From: an uncultured Trueperaceae bacterium
Lineage (GTDB): Bacteria; Deinococcota; Deinococci; Deinococcales; Trueperaceae
Length of the DNA stretch: 64,000 nucleotides
Direction: 5' to 3'
Assembly (NCBI GenBank): GCA_963799485.1
Contig: CAWCXJ010000004.1
Coordinates: 128,001-192,000 of the forward strand
Each line of letters starts with the position of its first letter. Positions within the stretch are counted from its first letter, which is position 1. A program made the position numbers and the translations under genes. Shown piece after piece: positions 39,553 through 48,704 of this stretch. The notes under the pieces are model-generated. The model was not told the origin of the DNA and made no database searches. It was given only the letters and a program-made list of their open reading frames with translations.

Positions 39553-41558
39553 ACGGTCGCAACGTCCTCGCGCGCTTCTGCTCGAGTCTTGACCTTACGC
39601 GCCGGCAACAGCGAGACCACCGTCCCGGCAATCAGGACAAATGCGCCTATCCAAATCCACGATACGAGCGGGCTCTTGACAGCGCGCAGTACGATAAAGT
39701 TTTGATCCGGGCTGACGGTTCCGGCGATATTCAGGTAGACGTCGCTCCAGAGACCGTAATATACGTCGGGCGTCGGTGTCAGCTGTGGCCCTCTCGTGCT
39801 GCTCGTATAGGAATTGACGCTCGGCCTCAGCGTCGTGACCTGACGCCCTTCACGCCACACCTCGACCACCGCGCCCGCTTGAATCCGGCCCGGATACTGC
39901 TGCATAAAGCGGTCGATGGCGCGAAGTTCATAGCCTTGAAACTCGGCGCTTTTGCCGAGGTCGATACGAAGCTGTTCGTCGACGCGGTAGCCGCCCGCAC
40001 CGGCGATACCCAGGGCAATAACGATGATGGCGAAGTGCACGATGAGCGACCCCATCCGCCGCCGGCTTTCAGAGGCGTACTGCGCAAAAACCGGGAAAAA
40101 CCCGCGTCCACTGAGCCGCATCCGGGGGACAATCGACCCACTCAGCAACAGTCCGATACTGACTAAGTTGTAAGCTGCGAGCGCGACAGTCAGCAGCGGG
40201 TAAAACTTTTGCAGCCCGAGTGCGTAGGCTACACCGCCGGTAAGAACCGCTGCGCTGACAAGCCACACAAGGTTGCGTAGCAACGGCTGATGCTCGGCTT
40301 TGCGCCACGGCAAGAGCGGCCCGATACCCATCAGCGCAAAGATAAGCATCCAGATCGGAAACGAGAGCTTGTTGAAAAAAGGTGCCCCGACCGTAACTTT
40401 TTGTCCCGTAAACGCCTCAACGATAAGCGGAAAAAGTGTGCCCAAGAGGACGGCAAAGGTCATCGCCAGAAAGAGAACGTTACCGAGGAGAAAGCTGCCT
40501 TCGCGGCTCACAACCGAATCGAGATCGGCGCGGTCACGCACCTGATCCCAGCGGAGCGCCAAAAGCCCGAATGAAACGGTCATAACCAGGATGAAAAAGC
40601 CCAGGAAATAAGGCCCGACCGGGCCGTCGCCAAACGCATGTATCGACGAGATAATCCCCGAACGGATGGCAAAGGTACCGAAAATCGTCAGGGCGAAAGT
40701 GAGAATGATCAGCGTCAGGTTCCACGCTTTGAGCATCCGGCGGCGTTCTTGTACCTGAACGCTGTGGATAAAGGCGGTTGCTGTAAGCCACGGGAGCAGT
40801 GAGACGTTCTCGACCGGATCCCACGCCCAGAAGCCGCCCCAACCTAAGACCTCGTAGCTCCACCAGCCCCCGGCAATTTTGGCAATACCCAAAAAGCCCC
40901 AGCCGAGCAGCGTCCAAGTACGCGCCTGCGTCATCCACTCGCTGCCGGGGCGCTGGGTGATAAGCGCCGCCATCGCATAGGCGAACGGCACGGTCAGGCC
41001 GACGAAACCCAAGTACAACAAAATGGGGTGCACCGCCATCATCCAGTGGTTTTGTAACAGCGGATTGGGGCCGGGGCCGTCTAGGGGTGGGTTGATAAGC
41101 CGCACGAAGGGACTTGCGACAATTCCGTTGACGCTGATAAAAAACACGCTGACGGCGCTCATGGTAACCAGAGCCCAGGGGCGCAGTGGCGTGTTGGGCG
41201 CGACGAATGCCAGCAGCGCGGTATAGGCCGACAAGAGCCACGCCCAGAGCAGGATAGAACCCTCCAGGCCAGCCCACATAGTCGCCACCTTGACCCACGT
41301 CGGCGAGGTCGAAATCGAGCCTTCAGCCACGTACTTAACGCTAAAATCGTCGGTTAGAAGAGCGGTTTGCATAACTGCAACGGCCGCCGTCATCGCCAGA
41401 AATACGCCGACCGAAGCGTAGCGTGCTGAGGTCTGCAAGCGTGCGTCGCGCTGCGTCGCGCCGAGAATGCCGACGATAAAAGCGTAAACGGCGAGTGCGA
41501 GTGCTAGCAGCGTGTTGGCTATTCCGACAGTAGACAAGTTGAGTTCAAACATCGTCAT
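39549..41558 (-). CDS. ccmF: Cytochrome c heme lyase CcmF
   Basis: WAGLEGSILLW, HPILLYLG, WSYEVLGWGGFWAWDPVEN, SIHAF. Confidence 0.96.
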   Translation of the reverse strand: MTMFELNLSTVGIANTLLALALAVYAFIVGILGATQRDARLQTSARYASVGVFLAMTAAVAVMQTALLTDDFSVKYVAEGSISTSPTWVKVATMWAGLEGSILLWAWLLSAYTALLAFVAPNTPLRPWALVTMSAVSVFFISVNGIVASPFVRLINPPLDGPGPNPLLQNHWMMAVHPILLYLGFVGLTVPFAYAMAALITQRPGSEWMTQARTWTLLGWGFLGIAKIAGGWWSYEVLGWGGFWAWDPVENVSLLPWLTATAFIHSVQVQERRRMLKAWNLTLIILTFALTIFGTFAIRSGIISSIHAFGDGPVGPYFLGFFILVMTVSFGLLALRWDQVRDRADLDSVVSREGSFLLGNVLFLAMTFAVLLGTLFPLIVEAFTGQKVTVGAPFFNKLSFPIWMLIFALMGIGPLLPWRKAEHQPLLRNLVWLVSAAVLTGGVAYALGLQKFYPLLTVALAAYNLVSIGLLLSGSIVPRMRLSGRGFFPVFAQYASESRRRMGSLIVHFAIIVIALGIAGAGGYRVDEQLRIDLGKSAEFQGYELRAIDRFMQQYPGRIQAGAVVEVWREGRQVTTLRPSVNSYTSSTRGPQLTPTPDVYYGLWSDVYLNIAGTVSPDQNFIVLRAVKSPLVSWIWIGAFVLIAGTVVSLLPARKVKTRAEAREDVATV

Positions 41559-41583
41559 TCCCCATTATCCAAGTCCCCTCTTC

Positions 41584-42006
41584 CTACTCGAGCGCTTTTT
41601 TGAGCTCTTGTACGCTGACCTTTTCACCCGCAGCAGGTTTGTATTCGGCAGTGTGCTTGATTAAGACCTCGTTGCTGACAAAAGTACCGTTATCAAAACT
41701 GCCGACGACCACGACACCGGTATCGGCCTTGAAGAGTTCGGGTGGCGCGCCGCTGTAACGTACCGGGTAGGCTTGAATGCCGTCGGTGACGTTAAAAGCT
41801 AGATTGAGCGCTTTGTCGTCGTACTTGATGCTCTGCGCCTCGACCAGACCACCCAAACGGATACGACCATCGTATTTTGCCGGAGCCGCCGCGTATTCGC
41901 TCGGCACGATAAAGTACACCAGACTGTTGGCCAAAGCCTGATAGATAAAAAACCCGGCAACGCCCAAAAGGGCGACCCCTGCGAGGCTATAGATTAAACG
42001 TTTGAT
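41584..42006 (-). CDS. ccmE: Heme chaperone CcmE; apparent start codon is ATC
   Basis: SLVYF, IRLGGLV, PELFK..GVVVVG, KHTAEY (HxxxY heme motif); GGAGGAG RBS sits 5 nt before ATC-AAA-CGT. Confidence 0.88.
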   Translation of the reverse strand: MKRLIYSLAGVALLGVAGFFIYQALANSLVYFIVPSEYAAAPAKYDGRIRLGGLVEAQSIKYDDKALNLAFNVTDGIQAYPVRYSGAPPELFKADTGVVVVGSFDNGTFVSNEVLIKHTAEYKPAAGEKVSVQELKKALE

Positions 42007-42131
42007 GTCCGCTCCTCCAGTCTCTTTAGGCGGCGGCTGATGTATACCTGATAACCGCCGTAGGTAACGAGCAGTTGCGCCCAGGCTAAAGCGACCCAGA
42101 CCCACTGTCCCCAAGTGCTGACCTCAAACAT
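41994..42131 (-). CDS. ccmD: Heme exporter protein CcmD (45 aa, not in ORF track)
   Basis: MFEVSTWGQWVWVALAWAQLLVTYGGYQVYISRRLKRLEERTSNV: single TM with basic tail, between ccmC and ccmE; GGAGG RBS. Confidence 0.75.
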   Translation of the reverse strand: MFEVSTWGQWVWVALAWAQLLVTYGGYQVYISRRLKRLEERTSNV

Positions 42132-42864
42132 GAATGACCTCCTGTGGCGCGGCGCCACGCGCATCTTGCGTTTCGCTGAGTCCGGCCTCTAAACGTCCGA
42201 CCCGGACGCGCTCCAACATAAAGTACAAATACAACATCGCCGCTGCCCCCACATTAATCAGTAGAACCCGCACCATCGAGCCGTCCATCGTAACACCGCT
42301 GCCATCTAGCGCCAGACTTTTCGCCGGGTGCAGCGTGCGAAACCACTCGGCGGCAAGGTAGTTAAACGGTAAACTCGCCAGCACGATAATGCTCACGACT
42401 GCGCTCACCCGTCCGCGCCGTTCGGGGTCGTCGATAAGGCCGCGTACGATAAAGTAGCCGACTATAAGCGCAAACATCAGCGCCGTTAAGGTCAGTTTGG
42501 CGTCCCAAGCCCACCAGGTGTTCAGCGTCGGGCGGCTGTAGGTCATGCCGCCGACCAGCGTCAGCGCCGCAAAAACGAGCGCAAGTTCGGCGTTGGCAAC
42601 GGCCCATACGTCGTGAATACGCTTACTCTGCCACAAAAAGAGACAGCCGAACACAGCGGTTAGAAAGACCGCCAGAAACGAAATCCACGCGACCGACACG
42701 TGCGCGTACATGATGCGGATGAGGTCGCCTTGATTGACGTCGGCGGGGGAGGCAAAGAGCGACAGGTAGAGACCGACGCCGAAAAGTGCGAGGGCGGTCA
42801 GTCCGAAAAGCCGAAGCCAAATGGGCTGCTGCACAGATTGCTGCGGGGTGCTTTGAGTGGTCAC
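42124..42864 (-). CDS. ccmC: Heme exporter protein CcmC
   Basis: RIMYAHV, Trp-rich TWWAWDAKLT, WFRTLHP. Confidence 0.93.
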   Translation of the reverse strand: MTTQSTPQQSVQQPIWLRLFGLTALALFGVGLYLSLFASPADVNQGDLIRIMYAHVSVAWISFLAVFLTAVFGCLFLWQSKRIHDVWAVANAELALVFAALTLVGGMTYSRPTLNTWWAWDAKLTLTALMFALIVGYFIVRGLIDDPERRGRVSAVVSIIVLASLPFNYLAAEWFRTLHPAKSLALDGSGVTMDGSMVRVLLINVGAAAMLYLYFMLERVRVGRLEAGLSETQDARGAAPQEVIHV

Positions 42865-42874
42865 ACGTTACTCC

Positions 42875-43549
42875 TTATTCCTCTACGACGAAAGGGAAAA
42901 TAGCGGTGCAAACGACGAGATAAACGAGATCGAAGCCTGCTAACAATTGTACCCAGCTGCGGCTTTCAGCAGGGTTCTCCAGCAGCATGGCGGCGCTGCT
43001 CGCGCGCACTGAAGCCAGGATGACCGGGACGATTATCGGAAAAATCAGAACCGGTAACAAGGACTCCCGGGCCCGGAGGTTAGCAGTCAGGGCAGCGTAA
43101 AAGGTGGCGATCAGCGAAAAGCCGAGCGTACCGAGGGCGACAGTCAGCAGTAAAGAGCCGATAGCGGAGATGTCTGCGCCGAAAACGGCGGCGCTGATGG
43201 GCAGTAACAGCCCACCAAGTACGAGCATGAAGAGCCAGTTCGACAGCAGTTTGCCTAAAAAGATGGTCGCACGCGGTACCGGATATAACAGCAGCTGCTC
43301 GAAGACGTTGTCCTCCAACTCGCTCTGGTAACTCTGCGACGCGGAGATGACCCCCGCAAAGGCGAGGGCAATCCACAACACGCCAGCAGAGGCGTTGCGA
43401 AGGGCTGTTTCGTTCGGGCCGAGGGCAAACGCGAGAATCACCAAAACCAGTCCCGAAAAAAACAAGGTAGCGACGGCGACCTCTTTGCTACGCAGCTCGA
43501 GCAGCAAGTCTTTACGGGCCACAGCGAGCACGGCGCTCAGTTCAGACAT
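42875..43549 (-). CDS. ccmB: Heme exporter protein CcmB
   Basis: KDLLLELRS, GVLWIA, LLPVLIFPIIVPVIL. Confidence 0.93.
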   Translation of the reverse strand: MSELSAVLAVARKDLLLELRSKEVAVATLFFSGLVLVILAFALGPNETALRNASAGVLWIALAFAGVISASQSYQSELEDNVFEQLLLYPVPRATIFLGKLLSNWLFMLVLGGLLLPISAAVFGADISAIGSLLLTVALGTLGFSLIATFYAALTANLRARESLLPVLIFPIIVPVILASVRASSAAMLLENPAESRSWVQLLAGFDLVYLVVCTAIFPFVVEE

Positions 43550-44279
43550 GGCCCACCAGCGCTTTTGTCTGCCCTGTGCCGACGACTGATTTGCTGATAA
43601 CGGACTCGTTGATAACGGATATGTCGGCAACCGAAAGAATACCCCCCTCGAGGTTCAACATCCGGTCGGCAAAGCGGGCGCTGCGCTCCAGTTCATGTGA
43701 GGCCATGATGATGGTTTTACCCTGGGCTTTGGCCTGCATTAAAAGCGTGTCGACTAACTCACGTCCGTCCTCATCCAAAGCTGTATAGGGTTCGTCTAAC
43801 AGCCACAAGTCGGCGTCAGCCAACAAGAGGCGGGCGATGCCGAGGCGTTTTTTCATCCCGCTCGAGAACGTCCTGACCAGCTTGTCACGGGCGCTTAGCA
43901 GACCGACCTGCTCGAGGTAGCTGTCTGGCTCAACCTGCTTGCCGTAAAGCCGCGCCGCCAGCGCCAGATTTTCACGGGCGCTGAGCGCCCCGTAAGCGCC
44001 GCCGAACACGCTCAAATAGGCAAGCCGCTCACGAATACGGTGCGCTTCTTTGACGAGGTCGAAACCCAACACGCGCCCCCCGCCCCGGCTCGGTCTGAGC
44101 CGCGTTGAGAGAACGCGCAACAGCGTCGTTTTCCCCGCCCCGTTGCCGCCGCGTAAAACGATTGTCCGACCCGGCGTTACGCTTAAATTGACGCCGCGCA
44201 ACACATACGCCGCCCCGTAACGCCGCGCCAGGTCGCTGAGGTCGATAGCCGGGGCCGCTCGCATGGTAGAGCGCGTCAT
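43542..44279 (-). CDS. ccmA: Heme ABC exporter ATP-binding protein CcmA
   Basis: GGNGAGKTT, FSSGMKKR, LWLLDEPYTALD. Confidence 0.92.
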   Translation of the reverse strand: MTRSTMRAAPAIDLSDLARRYGAAYVLRGVNLSVTPGRTIVLRGGNGAGKTTLLRVLSTRLRPSRGGGRVLGFDLVKEAHRIRERLAYLSVFGGAYGALSARENLALAARLYGKQVEPDSYLEQVGLLSARDKLVRTFSSGMKKRLGIARLLLADADLWLLDEPYTALDEDGRELVDTLLMQAKAQGKTIIMASHELERSARFADRMLNLEGGILSVADISVINESVISKSVVGTGQTKALVGHV

Positions 44280-44986
44280 AACCGGCTCCAAAGCCACTCG
44301 GGGGTGTAGCGAAGCAGTGTTCCGTTAAGGGCAGTAGCCGTGCCGGTCAGGAGCATCACGCCTGCAACGACCAGAATTGCGCCCGAGACACGCTCGACCC
44401 ACGGCAGGTAGCGGCGAAAACGGCTCGAGGCCCGCGTAAACGACCCGAGCATCACCGCCGCCATCACAAACGGCACCGCTAACCCGAGCGCGTAAACCGC
44501 CAAGAGCGTGACCCCTTGAGCGAGCCCGCCCGACGTTCCGGCCAGCGTCAAGACGCTCCCCAGCACCGGCCCGATACACGGTGTCCAGCCCGCCGCAAAC
44601 GCCATCCCTAGCAGCACCGCGCCGACGGGCGTCCGCGTCTCGCCCGTAAAGCGCACTCTGGCCTCACGCCCCAGAAGACGCTGCAAACCCGGCACCCTTA
44701 CGCCCAGCATCACCACGCCGAAGAAGACGACGAGGACGCCGCCGATCAGCGTCAGTTCACGGCGATAGGCGCTCAGGAGCCCACCGAGCAGACTTGCCGA
44801 CGCGCCAAGACCCACAAAGACAAGCGAAAACCCCAGCACGAAGAATAAACTGCTCCGAACGACCCTTCCGCGCGCCGCCCCGACGCCGCCTACATACGCC
44901 AGATACGAAGGCACCAAAGGCAACACGCACGGTGACAAAAACGACAGCACCCCGGCAGTAAAGGCGAGGGTTAAGGTGGGGGTCAT
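44276..44986 (-). CDS. ccdA: Cytochrome c biogenesis protein CcdA
   Basis: SFLSPCVLPLVPSY, GWTPCIGPVL. Confidence 0.94.
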   Translation of the reverse strand: MTPTLTLAFTAGVLSFLSPCVLPLVPSYLAYVGGVGAARGRVVRSSLFFVLGFSLVFVGLGASASLLGGLLSAYRRELTLIGGVLVVFFGVVMLGVRVPGLQRLLGREARVRFTGETRTPVGAVLLGMAFAAGWTPCIGPVLGSVLTLAGTSGGLAQGVTLLAVYALGLAVPFVMAAVMLGSFTRASSRFRRYLPWVERVSGAILVVAGVMLLTGTATALNGTLLRYTPEWLWSRL

Positions 44987-45148
44987 CGAAACTCCAACAC
45001 AGGGGCTCTAAGCATACGCGCGGGCGGCGCAAGTCTGTACGGACATTTGTCCTCATCGTTGCACAGCCGAGCCGGCCTTACGGTCAAACGCTTGACAATT
45101 TTTGACGATTGTAGTTGCGCGTGGTACGCGCCTTGGTTCGTATGAGGG

Positions 45149-45178
45149 TTGACACCACTCGGGGGCGCTTCATATACT
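45149..45178 (+). promoter_or_regulatory. Sigma-A promoter for the tRNA-Lys/Glu pair
   Basis: TTGACA-N18-TATACT, ending 13 nt before tRNA-Lys. Confidence 0.75.
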
Positions 45179-45191
45179 ACAAAACGCTGTT

Positions 45192-45267
<76 letters not shown>

Positions 45268-45268
45268 A

Positions 45269-45343
45269 GGCTCCTTCGACTAGCGGTCAGGTCACCACTC
45301 TTTCACAGTGGCGACACGGGTTCGAATCCCGTAGGAGTCACCA
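45269..45343 (+). tRNA. tRNA-Glu(TTC)
   Basis: Anticodon arm CCACT-ctTTCac-AGTGG, GGTTCGAATCC, CCA end; 75 nt. Confidence 0.96.
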
Positions 45344-45350
45344 GCAGACG

Positions 45351-45388
45351 GCGTTGGTATCATCCTTGGATGATACCAGCCTTTTTTG
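45351..45388 (+). terminator. Intrinsic terminator after tRNA-Glu
   Basis: TGGTATCATCC/GGATGATACCA stem followed by T6. Confidence 0.75.
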
Positions 45389-45454
45389 GCAAGAAGGCCT
45401 CGGAACCTGGGCAGCTATAACTTGACGCGTTCGTTGATAGCCAGCTCCTCTCGA

Positions 45455-45530
45455 GGGCGATTAGCTCAGCTGGAAGAGCGCTTCCCTTACAAGGAAGATG
45501 TCGGGGGTTCGAGCCCCTCATCGCCCACCA
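45455..45530 (+). tRNA. tRNA-Val(TAC)
   Basis: GGGCGAT acceptor stem, CTTCC-ctTACaa-GGAAG, GGTTCGAG, CCA end; 76 nt. Confidence 0.97.
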
Positions 45531-45627
45531 AAGAAACGCTGTGTAGGACAACAAAAACGAGCCCCGCTTAGATGCGGGGCGGTTTTGTTATGGGGTAGTT
45601 TGCACCTTATTTGCACCTACAGGGTTT

Positions 45628-46065
45628 TTAGTTTGCCGTCGCCGGGTCGCTCTTGGGTAAGAAGTCGAGTAACGACACAGCAGCATTAACCCGCTGCTCT
45701 TCAAACAGGTGCGTGTACACGTCGAGCATGAATGAAGCGCGAGCGTGCCCTAACCGGTCGGCTAGCACCTTCGGGTCAACGCCGCTCTTAATTGCCATAG
45801 AAGCGTGAAGGTGACGCAGGTCGTGAAGCCGGACTTCGGGCACTTAGCGGCCTTCACAAGCTGCTTACGTAGCCGCGTCAAGTTGTCGGGGTTTAAGGGC
45901 GTTCCGGTCTCGGAGACAAACACGAGCCCAGTGTCGGGCCACGAGTCTAGGCGTTCGGCGTCCTGAAGCTGACGGTGTTGCAAGAGTATCACGAGTACGT
46001 CGGGGGAGAGCGAGACGCGCCGCGTCCCTTTGGCTGTCTTGGGGGTAGACAGCTCGAGCTTGCCC
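45628..46065 (-). pseudogene. Tyrosine integrase remnant (C-terminal part, frameshifted)
   Basis: STPKTAKGTRRVSL...LVFVSETGTPLNPDNL, frameshift near 45843, RLHDLRHLHAS...RLGHA...DVYTH; 5' part missing; points toward tRNA-Val. Confidence 0.88.
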
Positions 46066-46325
46066 CTTCAAGTCCGCTGCGGTGCTTTTGTGTTCGACAC
46101 CAAACCCGTCTCTTTTGCGGTGCGTGAACCGCTCGTAGACCTGGGCTTGACCGAGTACCTTGGTCATGGATTGGCGCTTTGGCTGCTCACAGACGACGCC
46201 GGAGAACTTTTACGGCACTTGGAGGCCCACCGGGTCGAAATTGCGGTAGGACTGGCAGACAGCCCGTTCGGGAAGACCTGTCAAGACCCCGAAGCCTCGT
46301 TGCGGTTCACGGTAAAGGCTGATTG
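46066..46325 (+). pseudogene. VOC/glyoxalase family remnant (5'-truncated)
   Basis: AFVFDTKPVSFAVREPLVDL...GHGLALWLLTDDA...DSPFGKT..DP resembles the C-terminal half of a glyoxalase. Confidence 0.6.
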
Positions 46326-46327
46326 TG

Positions 46328-46730
46328 GTGAACTACCGGGTCAATACGGTTTCGAGAGACCGTGTTCAGGCGGTCATGGCAGATGGGTTTACCCAGGCCG
46401 ACCCCGGCAAAAACACACGTCTTAAACGCCTAAACAAGGGAGACTGGTTGGTGCTCTATTCTCCCAAAACGCACTTTTAAGGACGGCGAGCCGCTGCAAG
46501 CGTTTACGGCGCTCGGCGAAATTACCGACACCGAAGCCTACCAAGTTGAGCTGACCCACGACTTTCACCCTTGGTGGCAGATGACGTTCAAACGGGGTGA
46601 TGAAGCCTCTACCGACCCGCGCCTTGATGACCTGAACTTTACCAAAGACAAAAAGAAGTGGAGTTTTCCGTTTAGAAGAGATTCGTTTGAAATTGACTAA
46701 GCGGATGAGGTTATCGCTAACGCCACGAAT
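46328..46730 (+). pseudogene. EVE-domain protein pseudogene
   Basis: NYRVNTVSRD...GFTQADPGK...KGDWLVLYSPKT, frameshift in TTTT near 46475, GEPLQAFTALG...DFHPW...KWSFPFRR..FEID* (premature stop near 46698). Confidence 0.78.
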
Positions 46731-46880
46731 ATATAGGCGACGCCGTAAAAGAGCTTGAAGGCCGAATTGTGAGATGCTCGCACAAAAGCGTCAAACTTCT
46801 GTAGACGCTTTTAGGCTCACCGGCTAAGGCCGGTATTCGGGCCTCCTGACCTACGCGTCAAAGTTTCTTATAGTTGGGTT

Positions 46881-47408
46881 ATGGAGCCTTTGCTCGAGTA
46901 CCAAGATTATGTCCTCGCCTACCGTCTGCGGGCCGCTGTCGGCGGCGCGTCGCGTCCTTCAGGCGGCTATCTGTCGCTCTCGGAATACGCCGGTTTACGG
47001 CTCGAGCGGCAGGCTTTAGCCAAAAACCTGCTTAAAAACCGCGATTACCGGGTTCAGCTCAGAGAGGTCGAAGCGCTGACCGACCGGCTCAACTTCGGGT
47101 TTTGGCACAACCCGAGCGAGACGACGGGTTTTCTCAAGCGGGTTATCGAACAAGGCGGCTGCGCGGCGCTCGAGTCTCCCGAAGCGTTCATCCGAGAACT
47201 GCTGACCCGCCGTGAACGCGCCGAACTCGCCCCCAAAGACGCGTGGCGCGTGGCGCATTACTATCTAGGACTGCTGCGCGCGTCGGCGTCCTACCTCGAC
47301 GCCGAGGTCTTTACCCGTTTGCGCGCCGAGGTCGAACCTTTGCGAGAAGGATTGCCGTTTTTTGTGCTGCCTAAAGACGGTATTGTCGAAACAGTCGAGA
47401 CGCTATGA
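46881..47408 (+). CDS. Hypothetical protein, translationally coupled to rlmN
   Basis: 175 aa, host-like codons, TATAGT 6 nt before ATG, ATGA overlap with rlmN. Confidence 0.75.
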   Translation: MEPLLEYQDYVLAYRLRAAVGGASRPSGGYLSLSEYAGLRLERQALAKNLLKNRDYRVQLREVEALTDRLNFGFWHNPSETTGFLKRVIEQGGCAALESPEAFIRELLTRRERAELAPKDAWRVAHYYLGLLRASASYLDAEVFTRLRAEVEPLREGLPFFVLPKDGIVETVETL

Positions 47409-48511
47409 ACGACGCCCTGAAACCAGACGTGATACAACCGCATCCCGTAAAACCGGGTTCTGCCGAGTTCAGCCGTGAAAAACACGAGCTTGCCAAACCG
47501 AGTTTGTGGGGGCTCGAGCCCGCCGCCCTGCCTGCCCCTGAAGCGCAACCCTACCGCCGCGCCCAACTCGCCGGGTGGCTCTACACGCACGGCGCAAAAG
47601 ACTTCAGCGAGATGCTCAACTTGCCTAGCGCGTGGCGGCGCGAACTCGCCGAGACGTACACCCTGAGCCCGTTTGCCCGGACCGAACGCTTTACCTCGCG
47701 TGACGGTTCGGTGCGTTATCTCTTTACGCTGCCTGACGGCAAACAAACTGAAGCCGTCTACATGCCCTACAGTGGACGAAAAACGGTCTGCGTGTCGTCG
47801 ATGGTCGGGTGTCCGGCGGGATGCGCGTTTTGCGCGACGGGCGCGCTCGGTTTCGGGCGCAACCTGACCCGCGCTGAAATCGTCGGACAGCTTCTGGCAG
47901 TAGCGCAAGGGGAGGGGTTTTCGCCATGTGAGGTGCGAAACGTCGTGCTGATGGGAATGGGTGAAGCGCTGCTCAACTACGACAATGCGCTAGGTGCCAT
48001 CCGCATCATGACCGACCCGGCGGGCCTCGACCTGTCGCCGCGCCGCATCACGCTCTCGACGGTGGGGTTGCCTGCGCGCATTCGCAAACTCGCGGGTGAA
48101 AACCTGCCGCTTGTGTTGGCGGTGTCGCTTCACGCACCCGACGAGGCGACGCGTAAAACCATCATTCCGACCGCGCACGCGCACGCTCTAAACGACATCA
48201 TCGCGTCGTTGCACGACTGGCAAGCTGCCGGAGGTCGCCGCGTTACGGTCGAATACACGATGTTGGACGGCACCAACGATGCGCTCTGGCAGGCTGAGCT
48301 GCTGGTAGAGCGGCTTGCCGGACTGGTCGTTCACGTCAACCTCATTCCTTTTAATCCCTGGGGTGAAGCGCAGTTTCGCTCGAGCCCCCGCCCGGTTATC
48401 GAACGGTTCGCCGGGGTTTTGGAACGTGCCGGTCTGTCGGTGTCGGTGCGTTTTAGCCGGGGCCGCGACACCGGCGGTGCGTGCGGGCAGCTGGCGCTTA
48501 CAAAAAGCTGA
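47405..48511 (+). CDS. rlmN: Dual-specificity RNA methyltransferase RlmN
   Basis: CVSSMVGCPAGCAFCATG, MGMGE, VSLHAP, VNLIPFNP, ACGQL. Confidence 0.95.
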   Translation: MNDALKPDVIQPHPVKPGSAEFSREKHELAKPSLWGLEPAALPAPEAQPYRRAQLAGWLYTHGAKDFSEMLNLPSAWRRELAETYTLSPFARTERFTSRDGSVRYLFTLPDGKQTEAVYMPYSGRKTVCVSSMVGCPAGCAFCATGALGFGRNLTRAEIVGQLLAVAQGEGFSPCEVRNVVLMGMGEALLNYDNALGAIRIMTDPAGLDLSPRRITLSTVGLPARIRKLAGENLPLVLAVSLHAPDEATRKTIIPTAHAHALNDIIASLHDWQAAGGRRVTVEYTMLDGTNDALWQAELLVERLAGLVVHVNLIPFNPWGEAQFRSSPRPVIERFAGVLERAGLSVSVRFSRGRDTGGACGQLALTKS

Positions 48512-48704
48512 GGTTTAGGAGCCGGAAACAAGAAGCGATAGAAGCTGACGTGGGAGAAGAATACAGAACACAGAATAAGGGTGTTCTGTATTCTCAATTC
48601 TCCCGTCTGTCTCCCGTTACATCGCCCGAATGACGGATTTCGCACGCTTTTGCGGCGTACCGGGGTGCGCGATTTAACACTTGCATGGCCTTTTGGGTCT
48701 TACC

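Noticed and set aside
43585..43625. Repeat GATAACGGA x2 in the ccmA 3' end
   Set aside because: Small in-frame duplication giving a low-complexity tail (ISVINESVISKSVV); no evidence of function
46030..46425. 131-aa ORF as an intact gene
   Set aside because: Chimeric frame spanning antisense integrase, the glyoxalase remnant and out-of-frame EVE sequence
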